Shown: one piece after another, positions 1 to 10,136 of the stretch
Position numbering within the stretch: the stretch's first letter is position 1
Layout: each line of letters starts with the position of its first letter
Assembly (NCBI GenBank): GCA_042568575.1
Contig: JBHPIO010000007.1
Coordinates: forward strand, 275 to 64,274
Reading direction: 5' to 3'
DNA from: Patescibacteria group bacterium
GTDB taxonomy: Bacteria; Patescibacteriota; Gracilibacteria; UBA1369; PNNO01
Length of the DNA: 64,000 bases
Program-made: the position numbers and the translations under genes
The notes under the pieces: model-generated
Seen by the model: only the letters and a program-made list of their open reading frames with translations
Told to the model about the DNA's origin: nothing
Database searches by the model: none

Positions 1-1
1 A

Positions 2-127
2 GTTGATTTAGCGTACTACAAATTCCTTGAAGATCGTTGGACCGCATTCAGAATCGATCTTGTAGACGAACATCAAAAGGTTAAAAAACAGCTTTATTTT
101 AAAGCGTTACCTCGCGAAGATCAGTAA
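2..127 (+). CDS. 3' end of an unidentified CDS cut by the window edge
   Basis: Frame 2 is open from the window edge to TAA at 125-127 (...YFKALPREDQ*). It is missing from the ORF track only because no start codon lies in the window. 41 aa is too little to name a product. Confidence 0.3.
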   Translation, partial: VDLAYYKFLEDRWTAFRIDLVDEHQKVKKQLYFKALPREDQ

Positions 128-852
128 TTTGCATAGAATAAGTACTCCTGATTCCCCTCTTTTCCTTTGAGTGGACTTTTTATCTCACCTTTAATTGAAA
201 AACCTTCATTTTTAAAGGCATCTCGCACCCTTTGGAGCGCATTTTCTGCCTCATCGGCATCATTTACTATCCCCTTTTTCACAAATCTCTTACCAACTTC
301 AAATTGTGGCTTAATTAAAGCGATAACTCGTGTCTTTTTTGACGAGAATTGCTTCAAAACATCAATAATTTCACAAATAGAGATAAAAGAGACGTCAATA
401 ACAATCAAATCAAGCTCCTCTTTAATATTTGAGGAGGAAAAACCCCGAATATCGCTACCTTCAAAGGAAATAACACGCTCATCTGATCGCAAAGACTTAT
501 GCAACTGATCCCTTCCCACATCTACCGCATATACCTTTAAAGCACCTTTTTGAAGCAAACAATCAGTAAAACCGCCTGTCGAAGAACCGATATCAAGACA
601 AGTAAAGCCTTTAACATCACAATTAAACTCGTTTAAGGCAGCTTCCAACTTCATTCCGCTACGACTCACGTACTTAATCCCCTCTTTCACCTCAACCGTA
701 TCCCCTTCTTTCACCTTCAAAGAAGGCTTTTTAGCTATTTGACTATTCAAAGTAACTTTCCCACTTTCTATAAGGAATTTAGCCTTTTCACGCGATTCAA
801 CTAAGCTTTTATTTACTAGATAACGATCTAATCGAACGATGCTCGCGTCCAT
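121..852 (-). CDS. tlyA: TlyA-family rRNA 2'-O-ribose methyltransferase (hemolysin A-like)
   Basis: S4-like N-terminus (RLDRYLVNKSL..REKAKFLIESGKV) followed by the FtsJ-type SAM motif LDIGSSTGGFTD. ATG at 850-852 (MDASIV..) is preferred to the track start at 912. Confidence 0.85.
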   Translation of the reverse strand: MDASIVRLDRYLVNKSLVESREKAKFLIESGKVTLNSQIAKKPSLKVKEGDTVEVKEGIKYVSRSGMKLEAALNEFNCDVKGFTCLDIGSSTGGFTDCLLQKGALKVYAVDVGRDQLHKSLRSDERVISFEGSDIRGFSSSNIKEELDLIVIDVSFISICEIIDVLKQFSSKKTRVIALIKPQFEVGKRFVKKGIVNDADEAENALQRVRDAFKNEGFSIKGEIKSPLKGKEGNQEYLFYANY

Positions 853-1420
853 TATTGTAAAGATTAGAAAACATTCGAATCCCCTGCTCAAACATACTAT
901 ACGTATAAGCATCTGTTGAAACGCTTTCTAAAAGCAAATCGAGGATATCCTCCCATACTTTATCATATTTTGCCTTATTTAAAAGCAACATTTCACGTAT
1001 TTTTGTGGCTTTCCCATGATAAATAAGACTTCTGAGATCACTTACATTATTCGATACATACTCATATACCGAACCACGCGAAATACCAATATAATCCATC
1101 ACGTACTCCCATTGATCTTCATACTCATTTTCCATCAATCTAAAACTCTTTCGAATCATTTCGGGCCCTTTATCAGCAAACATCTCATGAATATATTCAG
1201 CATTTTGCTTAACACAAGTCTTTACTATGTTTTTTTCATATAAAAGGTAGTCAAAAACCATCTTCCATAGGTCATCCTCTTTAATATCAAGCTTTTTACG
1301 TAACTCATAAGGCCCTTCATCAAGATAAAACTTAACTAGTTTTTTATCAAAACGTTTAAGAAGTTTGAAAATCCTTTCTCTACGAGCCGGCGAATTCATA
1401 ACATCTAGATTAGTATGCAA
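809..1420 (-). CDS. hypothetical protein
   Basis: 203-aa ORF with no family recognised by eye. Its 3' end overlaps the tlyA start by 44 nt. Called coding from its length and the lack of a better competing frame. Confidence 0.55.
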   Translation of the reverse strand: MHTNLDVMNSPARRERIFKLLKRFDKKLVKFYLDEGPYELRKKLDIKEDDLWKMVFDYLLYEKNIVKTCVKQNAEYIHEMFADKGPEMIRKSFRLMENEYEDQWEYVMDYIGISRGSVYEYVSNNVSDLRSLIYHGKATKIREMLLLNKAKYDKVWEDILDLLLESVSTDAYTYSMFEQGIRMFSNLYNNGREHRSIRSLSSK

Positions 1421-1551
1421 AGGTAGTCCATTATACGTAGTTTCGTCATTTTGTCAATACCAACTAGTACCTTTCATTTAAGGGAAGATTGCATTTTTTT
1501 TTAATGATCCTATAGTAGAAATACCATTTAATATATGACCCCCTTTAATAT

Positions 1552-1782
1552 ATGGATAAAAAAGATATGATCGCAAAAGATATGCGAATAACTGAAGTTA
1601 TTCATGAATTTCCAGAGACTTTGGAAATCTTTATGGATCATGGAGTAGGATGTGTAGGATGCCATGCAGCAGAGTATGAAACTCTTGAGGAAGGCATCTC
1701 CCTACATGGAATTGACGTAGATAAATTTGTAGAACTTTTGAATGAAAAAGTCGAGTTGGAGAGAGCCGGCAAAAAGGAGTAA
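1552..1782 (+). CDS. DUF1858 / hybrid-cluster-associated redox disulfide small protein
   Basis: 76 aa with HEFPETLEIFMDHGVGCVGCH, typical of the DUF1858 disulfide-containing family. Confidence 0.7.
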   Translation: MDKKDMIAKDMRITEVIHEFPETLEIFMDHGVGCVGCHAAEYETLEEGISLHGIDVDKFVELLNEKVELERAGKKE

Positions 1783-1801
1783 AAAAAACTCCACAACCCA
1801 C

Positions 1802-1830
1802 TTGACAACTTTGACAATTTGGCTTATTAT
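1802..1830 (+). promoter_or_regulatory. sigma70-like promoter for the adaptor/RND operon
   Basis: TTGACA (1802-1807), 17-nt spacer, TATTAT (1825-1830). This places the TSS downstream of the TTG start used in the track and supports the ATG at 1861. Confidence 0.55.
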
Positions 1831-1860
1831 TCTCTCTCTTTTTTTCTGACCAATAAAGCA

Positions 1861-3888
1861 ATGAATGAAACCAATCACCCAACCTATAAAAAAAGAGGGT
1901 TGCTAAGTAAAATTATAAATATCCTATTCTTTATAGGTATTATTGTTGGAGGCTATTACCTGTATCTTTACATGGCTGATACCTTCAATCCTGATGATGA
2001 CCCTCAAAACACTACAATTGAAGAATCAGTTTCTTCTGGGGATTCTAACAATGTAGACTCCGGCAATGCAACTGAAGTCGAAATTGCAGAAATCACTGAT
2101 GAGCCGCTTTCGCGAATAAATTTTAAGAAAGTTGGAACAGTTGAACCTTACAAGAAAGTAACAATAATGTCGGAAAGCTCAGGAACTATTAAAGATTTGG
2201 ATAAAACTGAAGGTGATACGGTTACAAAAGGAACTCAAATTGCAGAAATTAGCGATTCAGTATCAACTGAAATTGCTCAAATTAACTACGAAAATGCAGT
2301 AAAGACTCTCAATCTTGCGAAAGAATCGCTTTTGAGTACACAAAGTTCGATTTCACAAGATGCAAAAAGCGCAATTATTGGTGCAGAAACCGCTCTTCTT
2401 AATTATGAGAACGCAATCAATAGTTACAATAACCTGGCTGCAACTTTAGAAGAACAGATGCGTGTTGCTAGAATTGGTATACAGGCAGCAGAAATTGGAT
2501 TTAAAGCTGCTCAGGAATCATATTACACAAGTGTCGCATCAAATAAAGTAACGCTTGAAAATACACTCGATCAATCTCTTGGTGGAATTATTTCAGCGCT
2601 TTCTCTTGTTGATAGTTCAATTGAAACAATGGATTCTCTTTATGGAGTTAGAAAAGGTTCTAACAACGATAACTTAGAAGAAGTGCTTTATGAACATACA
2701 TCACGATCTACTGTAAATAACGCCAAAGACGACCTAGAAGATATTAATGACGAATATTACAATCTCTACAACGATTACGACGACGTAAGATCTTCAAACG
2801 ATGCGGATGACATTCAAGATCTTATTTATGATGTAACCGAACTTCTTGAAGATACTCAGGAACTTTTATACGACTCAAAAGAACTCATTAACGACGTTCT
2901 TCATGAAGACGGGGAAGATATTGACGCTGTAGAAGGAAGTTTAATTGGAACCAAATCTTCAATAAATGCATTTTTACCAAGCATTGATCAAAGCAAATCA
3001 GGTCTTAGACAAAGTAACCAAGGTATTGATGGCGCTCTAACAAACAATCAAATTCAGCCTGAAGGAGCTTTTACAGGCCTTCAGTCTTCTGAAACTCAAC
3101 TTCTTTCTGCAAAACAATCTCTTGAACAACTAGAGGCTGCAAACAAATCACAACTTGATAATGCATTAAACGGAATTGATCTTGCTGCTAAGCAGGTTGA
3201 TAACGCAAATGCTCAAATTGCTTCAATTCAAGCAAAAGGCAAACTTCAGGAAATCGGAGCAAAAACTCAAGTAGCACAATTAGAAGGTCAGGTTGCTATC
3301 ACTGAAACTAATTTGAGCGGAACAAAAATTAAAGCACCAATTGATGGAATTATCATTCAAACATTTATTGATGAAGGAAATTATGTAAATAATTCACAAA
3401 AAATAGTTTCTGTTGCGGATATGAGCAAAGTGAAAATAGTTGCTTTTCTAACAGCAGAAGAACTTTCATTCGTTAAACTTGGTCAAACTGTTAGCATTGA
3501 AGCGCCAGGAGGCATCAAACAGACAGGTAGAATTACAAAAGTTCTCCCTACAGTTGATCCTGTTAGCAAAAAGATACAAGTTGAAATCATTATTCCAAAC
3601 GATGATGATTCATTTAAATCTGGAATGTTTGCAGATGTTCTATTTGTGGACGCTCAGAAAGAGTCTCCGTCAATTAACGTTCCTTTTAAAAGTATAGTTT
3701 TTGAACAAAGCACCCCTTATATATATGTAGTTGAAAATGGCAAAGCTGTAAGAAAAAAAGTTGCCTTAGGACAAATTTCGGGAAATCTTGTTGAAATAAC
3801 TGATGGAATCACACGTGGTGACAAGTTAATCATAAAAGGAGCAAAGCTAGTTAAAGACGGAAGTCCTGTTACGATTGTATCTAAATAA
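1861..3888 (+). CDS. efflux RND periplasmic adaptor (HlyD/MFP family) with a very long alpha-helical insert
   Basis: N-terminal TM anchor. C-terminal MFP lipoyl/beta-barrel signatures (KIKAPIDGIIIQTFIDEGNYV, IVSVADMSKVKIV, SGMFADV, VVENGKAVRKKVALGQ). Lies directly upstream of the RND pump. About 675 aa from ATG 1861. Confidence 0.85.
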   Translation: MNETNHPTYKKRGLLSKIINILFFIGIIVGGYYLYLYMADTFNPDDDPQNTTIEESVSSGDSNNVDSGNATEVEIAEITDEPLSRINFKKVGTVEPYKKVTIMSESSGTIKDLDKTEGDTVTKGTQIAEISDSVSTEIAQINYENAVKTLNLAKESLLSTQSSISQDAKSAIIGAETALLNYENAINSYNNLAATLEEQMRVARIGIQAAEIGFKAAQESYYTSVASNKVTLENTLDQSLGGIISALSLVDSSIETMDSLYGVRKGSNNDNLEEVLYEHTSRSTVNNAKDDLEDINDEYYNLYNDYDDVRSSNDADDIQDLIYDVTELLEDTQELLYDSKELINDVLHEDGEDIDAVEGSLIGTKSSINAFLPSIDQSKSGLRQSNQGIDGALTNNQIQPEGAFTGLQSSETQLLSAKQSLEQLEAANKSQLDNALNGIDLAAKQVDNANAQIASIQAKGKLQEIGAKTQVAQLEGQVAITETNLSGTKIKAPIDGIIIQTFIDEGNYVNNSQKIVSVADMSKVKIVAFLTAEELSFVKLGQTVSIEAPGGIKQTGRITKVLPTVDPVSKKIQVEIIIPNDDDSFKSGMFADVLFVDAQKESPSINVPFKSIVFEQSTPYIYVVENGKAVRKKVALGQISGNLVEITDGITRGDKLIIKGAKLVKDGSPVTIVSK

Positions 3889-3900
3889 TTCTGAAACGAT

Positions 3901-6900
3901 ATGGTTAACATCCCAAAAGAAGAAATCAAGCAAATTGCAAAATCACCATGGAACTTTTTTGTAAGACATCCAAGAGTTACATCAATTGTAATTCTGATTA
4001 TTTTGATGTGGGGATTTGGATCTCTTACTCAAATACCTCAAGAGACTCAACCTGAAATTGACTTCCCTATCGCATCAGTTATGACTGTATATCCAGGCGC
4101 GAATCCTTTAGATGTCGAAGAACTGGTAACAAATGAAATTGAAAGCGCAGTTGGAAGAGTTGAAGATGTAAAAGATATATCATCCACATCAAGTTTTGGA
4201 ATCTCTACAGTATTACTTGAATTTGAATCAGGTGTTGATATAGACGACGTCATTAACGATGTTGAATCTGCAATTGATTTAGTTAAAGCAGATCTTCCAG
4301 AAGAAGCTAATGATCCGATGGTAAGTTCATTCGAGGCAAATTCTCAACCTGTAATTATTTTCTCTTTATTAAGTGAATTATCTGAAAAGGAGATTAAAGA
4401 TATTGCGAAGGATGTTCAGGATGAACTCAAAAGAACTAGTGGAATTTCAGATGTAAATATTATTGGAGCGCAACAAAAACAGATTGTTGTAGATTTAAAT
4501 CCATCACTTCTTGAAAGATATGGTGTTGGAATTTCAGATGTAAACATGGCTATCCAGGGAGCTAATATCAACTTCCCTATCGGAGAAATAACTACTGACG
4601 ATGTTAATTATGCTATTCGTATTGAATCAGCAGTGGACAGTTCAAACGAACTTGCTCAAATCCCTGTTAAACAATTTTTCAATGAAGATGGTGCAGTTCA
4701 AACAATTGTTTTGAGCGATATTGCATCTTTAAAAGAAGAGCTTGAAGAAAAACAAACTATTGCCCGAGTAGGATTAGTAGAAACAGGAACAATCAGAAAC
4801 GCTATTTCATTACAAGTTTATAAAAAGAAGGGTGGAAACATTGTTAGAGTTGCAGACAACGCAAAGGAAGCTCTCGAAGAAATGAAGGGCACAATCATTC
4901 CAGAAATGGTTGATATTCATATTGCAAACGATAACTCTGAATTTGTGAGGGAAGACCTGGAAGTTCTTGGAAGAAACGGAATCACGACAATTATTTTGAT
5001 TATTGTTCTTCTACTTATATTTATAGGACCCAAAGAAGCACTTATTTCGGGATTAAGTATTCCATTTGCAATGCTTATTACTTTTGGAGTTCTTTATCTT
5101 TGTGGTCAAACATTAAATACTCTTACATTATTCTCACTCGTATTTGCACTTGGACTTCTCATTGATAATGCCGTGATTATGATTGAAGGTATTTATGAGA
5201 ATTTAAAATCAGGAGAGTTAACTCCATTCGGCGCAGCAATCGCTGGTATATATCAATTTAAATGGCCAGTTATTGCAGGAACACTCACGACTGTTTTCGC
5301 ATTTTTACCAATTCTTACTGTAGGAGGAATAATGGGAGAATTCATGAGGATCATTCCAATTACTGTTACAACAGTTCTGTTGGCTTCGTTATTCGTAAAT
5401 CTGTCTATTACTCCGATGTTATCCGCAAGATTTCTAAAAAATGGACGAAAACGAAACATTTTTAAGCCACTTCAAAAATGGTATAGAAAATTCATTACAG
5501 GAGTAATGGATTCAGGATTCAAAAAATTCGTAGCAATTGGTTTAATGTCAATTGTTATGATAGTTAGCTTCACACTACCTATCACAGGAATATTAAAAAG
5601 CGAAGCATTTCCTGTAAGTGACTTCGGTTTCTTTTATGTTGATATAGAAACTCCTCCAGGAACAAGTCTTGAAGATACTGAAAAAGTTACAAGCAAAGTA
5701 GAAGCCATGCTCTTTGAGTTCCCTGAGGTTGAACACTTTACAACAAGCATAGGAACAAATGCCGGAAGTTCATTTAGAGATGTGATTAGTATTTCGCAAA
5801 GCATCACAAATATTGCAACAATAACAGTTAGTCTTGTTGATGAAGAAAATAGAGAAAAGAAAAGTTATGAAGTTTCAGAAGATATTAGGAAGAAAATAAC
5901 TGGCACACAAGGCGGAAGTGTTACAATAATTGATCTTCAAGGAGGCCCACCTTCGGGTGCTCCTATACAAGTACAACTTTCCGGACCGGATCTTGAAATA
6001 CTGGAAGAAATAACAGTAGATATTGCTGCAAAACTTGAAAAGATTAAAGGCACGCTCGATGTTGATACATCCATTGAACAAGGTGCAGGAGAATTCAATA
6101 TAACGCTAGATAGGGATAAACTTAATTTCTATGGAATTGCACCTGGTCAGGTTGCAGGACTGCTACGAAATGCACTTGCAGGAGTTGAGGCATCTGAGCT
6201 AAGAAAAGATGGTGACGATGTTAGCATTGTAGTTCAATACGATTTTCCACAGTTCAACAACTCAAGCAAGGAGATGACTATTGACGATCTACTTAATATT
6301 GATGTTGTATCGCCTGTTTCTGGATCTGTTCCAATTAGAACTCTTGCGGACGTAGAATTCCAACAAAACCTAACAGGAATTAGCCATTTAGATGAAGAAA
6401 GAGTTATGTATGTTACAAGTTATGCAAAAGACCGAACAACTACTGAAATAGTTGCAGATTTGCAGGAAATCATGAAAGACTCCCCTATCCCAAAAGGTTA
6501 TTCAATAAACTACGGTGGAGAATTCGAAGATGTAGCTCAATCTTTTACTGATTTGGGAAATTCAATGCTCGTAGGACTTCTTTTAATAGCAATTCTTCTT
6601 GTATTACAATTTAAATCATTTAGCCAGCCATTTGTCATAATGCTTTCATTACCGTTTGCATTAACAGGAGTATTCTTCGGACTAACCATAATGGGATTAA
6701 CTATCTCAATTCCTTCAGTAATTGGAATTGTAGGGCTCGGTGGTGTGGTTGTTAATGATGCCATAGTCTTAATTGATCAAATGAATCTAAATAGAAGAAG
6801 AGGCATGCTGCTTAAGGAAGCCATTATTGAGGGGGCGACATCTCGTTTGCAACCAGTATTCCTAACTACAGCAACATCAATTTTCGGAATTCTACCATTA

Positions 6901-7056
6901 GCGTTAACTGATGCGGTTTGGGGAGGTCTTGGATTTGCATTTATATTTGGACTTACAACGCAATTTTTCCTGGTTCTGCTCTTAGATCCAATTCTATATT
7001 CATTTTTCTCAAAGAAAACAAAATTTAAAGATCCAGAAATCTTTGTATCTCAATAG
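3901..7056 (+). CDS. RND efflux transporter permease (AcrB/HAE-like)
   Basis: 1051 aa. Two halves, each with a TM bundle plus a large loop. Conserved GLLIDNAVIMIEG and GLGGVVVNDAIVLID segments. Confidence 0.92.
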   Translation: MVNIPKEEIKQIAKSPWNFFVRHPRVTSIVILIILMWGFGSLTQIPQETQPEIDFPIASVMTVYPGANPLDVEELVTNEIESAVGRVEDVKDISSTSSFGISTVLLEFESGVDIDDVINDVESAIDLVKADLPEEANDPMVSSFEANSQPVIIFSLLSELSEKEIKDIAKDVQDELKRTSGISDVNIIGAQQKQIVVDLNPSLLERYGVGISDVNMAIQGANINFPIGEITTDDVNYAIRIESAVDSSNELAQIPVKQFFNEDGAVQTIVLSDIASLKEELEEKQTIARVGLVETGTIRNAISLQVYKKKGGNIVRVADNAKEALEEMKGTIIPEMVDIHIANDNSEFVREDLEVLGRNGITTIILIIVLLLIFIGPKEALISGLSIPFAMLITFGVLYLCGQTLNTLTLFSLVFALGLLIDNAVIMIEGIYENLKSGELTPFGAAIAGIYQFKWPVIAGTLTTVFAFLPILTVGGIMGEFMRIIPITVTTVLLASLFVNLSITPMLSARFLKNGRKRNIFKPLQKWYRKFITGVMDSGFKKFVAIGLMSIVMIVSFTLPITGILKSEAFPVSDFGFFYVDIETPPGTSLEDTEKVTSKVEAMLFEFPEVEHFTTSIGTNAGSSFRDVISISQSITNIATITVSLVDEENREKKSYEVSEDIRKKITGTQGGSVTIIDLQGGPPSGAPIQVQLSGPDLEILEEITVDIAAKLEKIKGTLDVDTSIEQGAGEFNITLDRDKLNFYGIAPGQVAGLLRNALAGVEASELRKDGDDVSIVVQYDFPQFNNSSKEMTIDDLLNIDVVSPVSGSVPIRTLADVEFQQNLTGISHLDEERVMYVTSYAKDRTTTEIVADLQEIMKDSPIPKGYSINYGGEFEDVAQSFTDLGNSMLVGLLLIAILLVLQFKSFSQPFVIMLSLPFALTGVFFGLTIMGLTISIPSVIGIVGLGGVVVNDAIVLIDQMNLNRRRGMLLKEAIIEGATSRLQPVFLTTATSIFGILPLALTDAVWGGLGFAFIFGLTTQFFLVLLLDPILYSFFSKKTKFKDPEIFVSQ

Positions 7057-7113
7057 GATCTTCACAAACGTCTTCAACATATGTACAATTGAAATCCTCA
7101 TATTTGATTGCAT

Positions 7114-9090
7114 ATGCCTGAATTTGCCAGAATCTGTCCTAAAAGACGGATGCCACAAAAATTAGATACATTAACTTACAAAGTCCCCGCATCTTTGCAG
7201 GAAAGTATTAAAGAAGGAAGTTATGTGAAAGTCCCTCTAAGGAATTCTTTTATTGAAGGGATCGTTATTGAAAAAAATAATGATAACCCAACCTATCCAA
7301 CTAAGGATATTAAAGAGGTTATTTATGATCATCCGATTTTACAAACATGGCAGATAAAACTTGCCCGGTGGATTTCGGATTATTATAAATGTTCTCTTCA
7401 AAAAGTTTTGCAGCTATTCTTGCCTCCAAAATTTTATTCGGACGATAAAGTTGAAAAATACTTTGAAGAAAGTAATAAAAATACAGAGATTAAGGAAAAG
7501 TTTTCTTTAACAGCGGCACAAAAAGAGGCTCTCGATAAAATTATTAAGACTAAAAAAACATGTAGCCTACTTCATGGAGTTACAAGTTCAGGCAAAACTG
7601 AAATTTATCTACACCTTGTGGAAAAATATCTTGAAGAAGGCAAGCAAAGCATTCTCGTAGTTCCGGAAATTTCTTTAACACCACAAATGGTGCAATATTT
7701 TGAAAGAATTTTTGGTGACAAAGTTGCCATTCTTCATAGCAGACTTACAGAGAAACAACGCTCTCTGGAATGGCTAAAAATATTTTTAAAAGAAACTCCG
7801 ATCATTATCGGTCCGAGGTCAGCAATTTTCGCTCCAGTTAAAAATCCTGGATTAATAATTCTGGACGAAGAGCATGAATTTTCATACAAACAGGAACAAT
7901 CTCCTCGATATCATTCACTCTCTGTAATAGAAAAAATGAGTGAGCTCATTGATATCAAAGTAATACTTGGAAGTGCAACTCCCTCGGTTTCGTCATATTA
8001 CAAAGCACTACAAAACGAATATGAATTAGTTGAAATTAATGAACGAATTGGCGAAGCTAAACTGCCACCTGTCTCACTTGTTGATTTACGCGAAGAATTT
8101 AAAAAGCAAAACTACTCTGTTTTGAGTGAATTGTTACAGGAAAAACTTGCAGCAACTTTACATGCAAAAAAACAGGCAATACTTTTCTTAAATAAACGAG
8201 GAAGTGCTTCTGCAATGGTATGTAGAGAATGTGGATATATGGAAAAATGCAATTCATGTGACGTCCCAATGACATATCACAAATATTCTCCGCAAATGCT
8301 TTCAAAAAAATCTTCATTAATTTGCCATCATTGCGGTGATATTAAACAAATTCCAATTCAATGCCCTGAGTGCAAAGGAGTTTCGATTAAATATGTTGGA
8401 GCCGGAACCCAAAGAGTAGAAGAAGAAGTTAAAGCCATGTTTCCTAACGCACGAGTTGCAAGAGTTGATAGAGATACAATCGCAAAACGTGGATCTTTTG
8501 AAAAAATATATGAAAAACTGAAAAAAGGAGAAATTGATATTTTGGTTGGAACACAAATGATCGGAAAAGGACTGCATTTCCCAAATGTAAATCTTGTTGG
8601 AGTAATTCTGGCTGATATTGGACTTCATTTCCCTGACTTTAGAAGCAGTGAAAGAACGTTTCAATTGTTAACTCAAGTTGCAGGACGCGCAGGAAGAGCA
8701 CAGACACCTGGAGAAGTTGTTATCCAAACCTACATGCCAGAAAATTATGCAATAGATTTCGCCAGAAACCATGATTATAAACATTTTTATGATTACGAAA
8801 TAAAAGAACGAAGCCAGTTCAACTATCCCCCATTTTCAAGACTAATAAAATTAACATTCGTTGATGAAAATGCAAAAAATGCATTCGAAAGCGCTCAAAA
8901 AATTTATAAACAATTAAAAGAAATCGTGCCAGCCGGAAATTTGAACATTTATCCGGCATTACTTTACAAACTCCACAACAAATTCAGATGGCATATACTG
9001 CTACAGGGAGAAAATCCGCAGGAATGGCTGGATAAAGTTGAAATAAGTGACAACTGCAGGGTTGATGTTGACCCTATTTCAGTGAGTTAA
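7114..9090 (+). CDS. priA: primosomal protein N' (replication restart helicase PriA)
   Basis: Walker A HGVTSSGKTE, DEEH box (ILDEEHEF) and Cys-rich zinc-finger insert (CRECG..CNSCD..CHHCG..CPECKG). ATG at 7114 is preferred to the TTG at 7108. Confidence 0.92.
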   Translation: MPEFARICPKRRMPQKLDTLTYKVPASLQESIKEGSYVKVPLRNSFIEGIVIEKNNDNPTYPTKDIKEVIYDHPILQTWQIKLARWISDYYKCSLQKVLQLFLPPKFYSDDKVEKYFEESNKNTEIKEKFSLTAAQKEALDKIIKTKKTCSLLHGVTSSGKTEIYLHLVEKYLEEGKQSILVVPEISLTPQMVQYFERIFGDKVAILHSRLTEKQRSLEWLKIFLKETPIIIGPRSAIFAPVKNPGLIILDEEHEFSYKQEQSPRYHSLSVIEKMSELIDIKVILGSATPSVSSYYKALQNEYELVEINERIGEAKLPPVSLVDLREEFKKQNYSVLSELLQEKLAATLHAKKQAILFLNKRGSASAMVCRECGYMEKCNSCDVPMTYHKYSPQMLSKKSSLICHHCGDIKQIPIQCPECKGVSIKYVGAGTQRVEEEVKAMFPNARVARVDRDTIAKRGSFEKIYEKLKKGEIDILVGTQMIGKGLHFPNVNLVGVILADIGLHFPDFRSSERTFQLLTQVAGRAGRAQTPGEVVIQTYMPENYAIDFARNHDYKHFYDYEIKERSQFNYPPFSRLIKLTFVDENAKNAFESAQKIYKQLKEIVPAGNLNIYPALLYKLHNKFRWHILLQGENPQEWLDKVEISDNCRVDVDPISVS

Positions 9091-9151
9091 GCTTGGCAAA
9101 AAAGAAGTACTTCTTTATACTCATGGTTAGAATTGATTAACCAATTCTTTA

Positions 9152-10129
9152 ATGAAACGAATTCTATCAGGTGTACAACCAAGTGGCACACCACATCTAG
9201 GAAATTATTTTGGAGCGATGAAAAATCACATCGCTATGCAGGATGAATACGAAAGTTATATTTTTATTGCTGATTATCACGCACTCACAACAGTTAGAGA
9301 TCCTGAAAAAATGAAGTCTATGACACTTCATTTAGTTTTGGACTATCTCGCACTAGGACTTGATCCTAAAAAGACAGTCTTTTTTAAACAAAGTGATGTT
9401 TACGAACATGCACAGTTAAAATGGATTTTGGATTGTGTGACTCCTCATGGATTACTTGAACGTGCACACGCTTGGAAAGATGCACTTGCGAAAGGAACAA
9501 AAGAACCAACCGCAGGACTGTTTAACTATCCTGTATTAATGGCTGCAGATATTCTTTTGTATAGTCCAGATTTAGTTCCCGTTGGAAAAGATCAGAAGCA
9601 ACACGTTGAAATGACGCGTGACATAGCAACAAAATTCAATAATCTATTTGGGGAAACATTTAAGTTACCTGAACCTTATATCCCTGAAGAAGTAGCGCTT
9701 ATAAAAGGGACGGATGGTCAAAAAATGAGTAAGAGTTATGGTAATGTTATTGAAATGTTTGCTGATGAAAAAGTACTGAAAAAGCAGGTAATGAGCGTTG
9801 TTACCGATTCAACTCCACTTGAGGAACCGAAAGATCCAAGTTCTTGTAATGTGTTCTATCTTTATTCACTTTTCGCTAGCGAAGATGAGAGAAATGATCT
9901 GGAGTCTAAATATAAAGCTGGTGGTTTCGGTTTTGGCGATGCAAAAAAACTGCTTCTAGGAAAGGTTTTAGGATATTTTGAGCCTTATAGGAAAAAAAGA
10001 TTTGAACTATCCAATAATTTAGACTACATTAATAAGGTGTTAAAAGAAGGAGCAGAGAAAGCGCGAGAAGAATCTGAAAAGATGATGGACAGAATACGAA
10101 AGGCAATCGGTTACGTCAACAATTTTTAA
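9152..10129 (+). CDS. trpS: tryptophan--tRNA ligase
   Basis: Class I aaRS with a HIGH-type motif (GTPHLGNY) and KMSKS. TrpRS-typical length of 325 aa. Confidence 0.92.
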   Translation: MKRILSGVQPSGTPHLGNYFGAMKNHIAMQDEYESYIFIADYHALTTVRDPEKMKSMTLHLVLDYLALGLDPKKTVFFKQSDVYEHAQLKWILDCVTPHGLLERAHAWKDALAKGTKEPTAGLFNYPVLMAADILLYSPDLVPVGKDQKQHVEMTRDIATKFNNLFGETFKLPEPYIPEEVALIKGTDGQKMSKSYGNVIEMFADEKVLKKQVMSVVTDSTPLEEPKDPSSCNVFYLYSLFASEDERNDLESKYKAGGFGFGDAKKLLLGKVLGYFEPYRKKRFELSNNLDYINKVLKEGAEKAREESEKMMDRIRKAIGYVNNF

Positions 10130-10136
10130 TTAATAT

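Noticed and set aside
167-508. Many 60-130-aa ORFs lie antisense or out of frame inside confidently identified genes. Examples are 167-508, 1016-1243, 1631-1882, 3479-3929, 4047-4253, 5253-5465, 8099-8664, 11059-11392, 16164-16460, 19041-19395, 41218-42236, 46012-46374 and 49595-49864.
   Set aside because: Each is fully embedded in a longer ORF with clear family motifs. Their products are low-complexity or stop-poor artefacts of AT-rich sequence.
874-882. TTCGAATCC, a T-loop-like string that could flag a tRNA.
   Set aside because: The flanking 5-mers (aaaca / cccct) are not complementary, no acceptor or anticodon arms are present, and the string lies inside overlapping CDS.
1819-1860. N-terminal extensions in the ORF track generated by TTG, GTG or upstream ATG starts. 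Affected genes are the adaptor (1819), priA (7108), lgt (13197), murE (22884), gatC (42945), ftsX (43745), dnaA (63229), tlyA (912) and the 23203 ORF.
   Set aside because: In each case a downstream ATG gives an N-terminus matching the family's usual start or removes an overlap with a promoter or neighbouring gene. I trimmed the coordinates accordingly, but the starts remain predictions.
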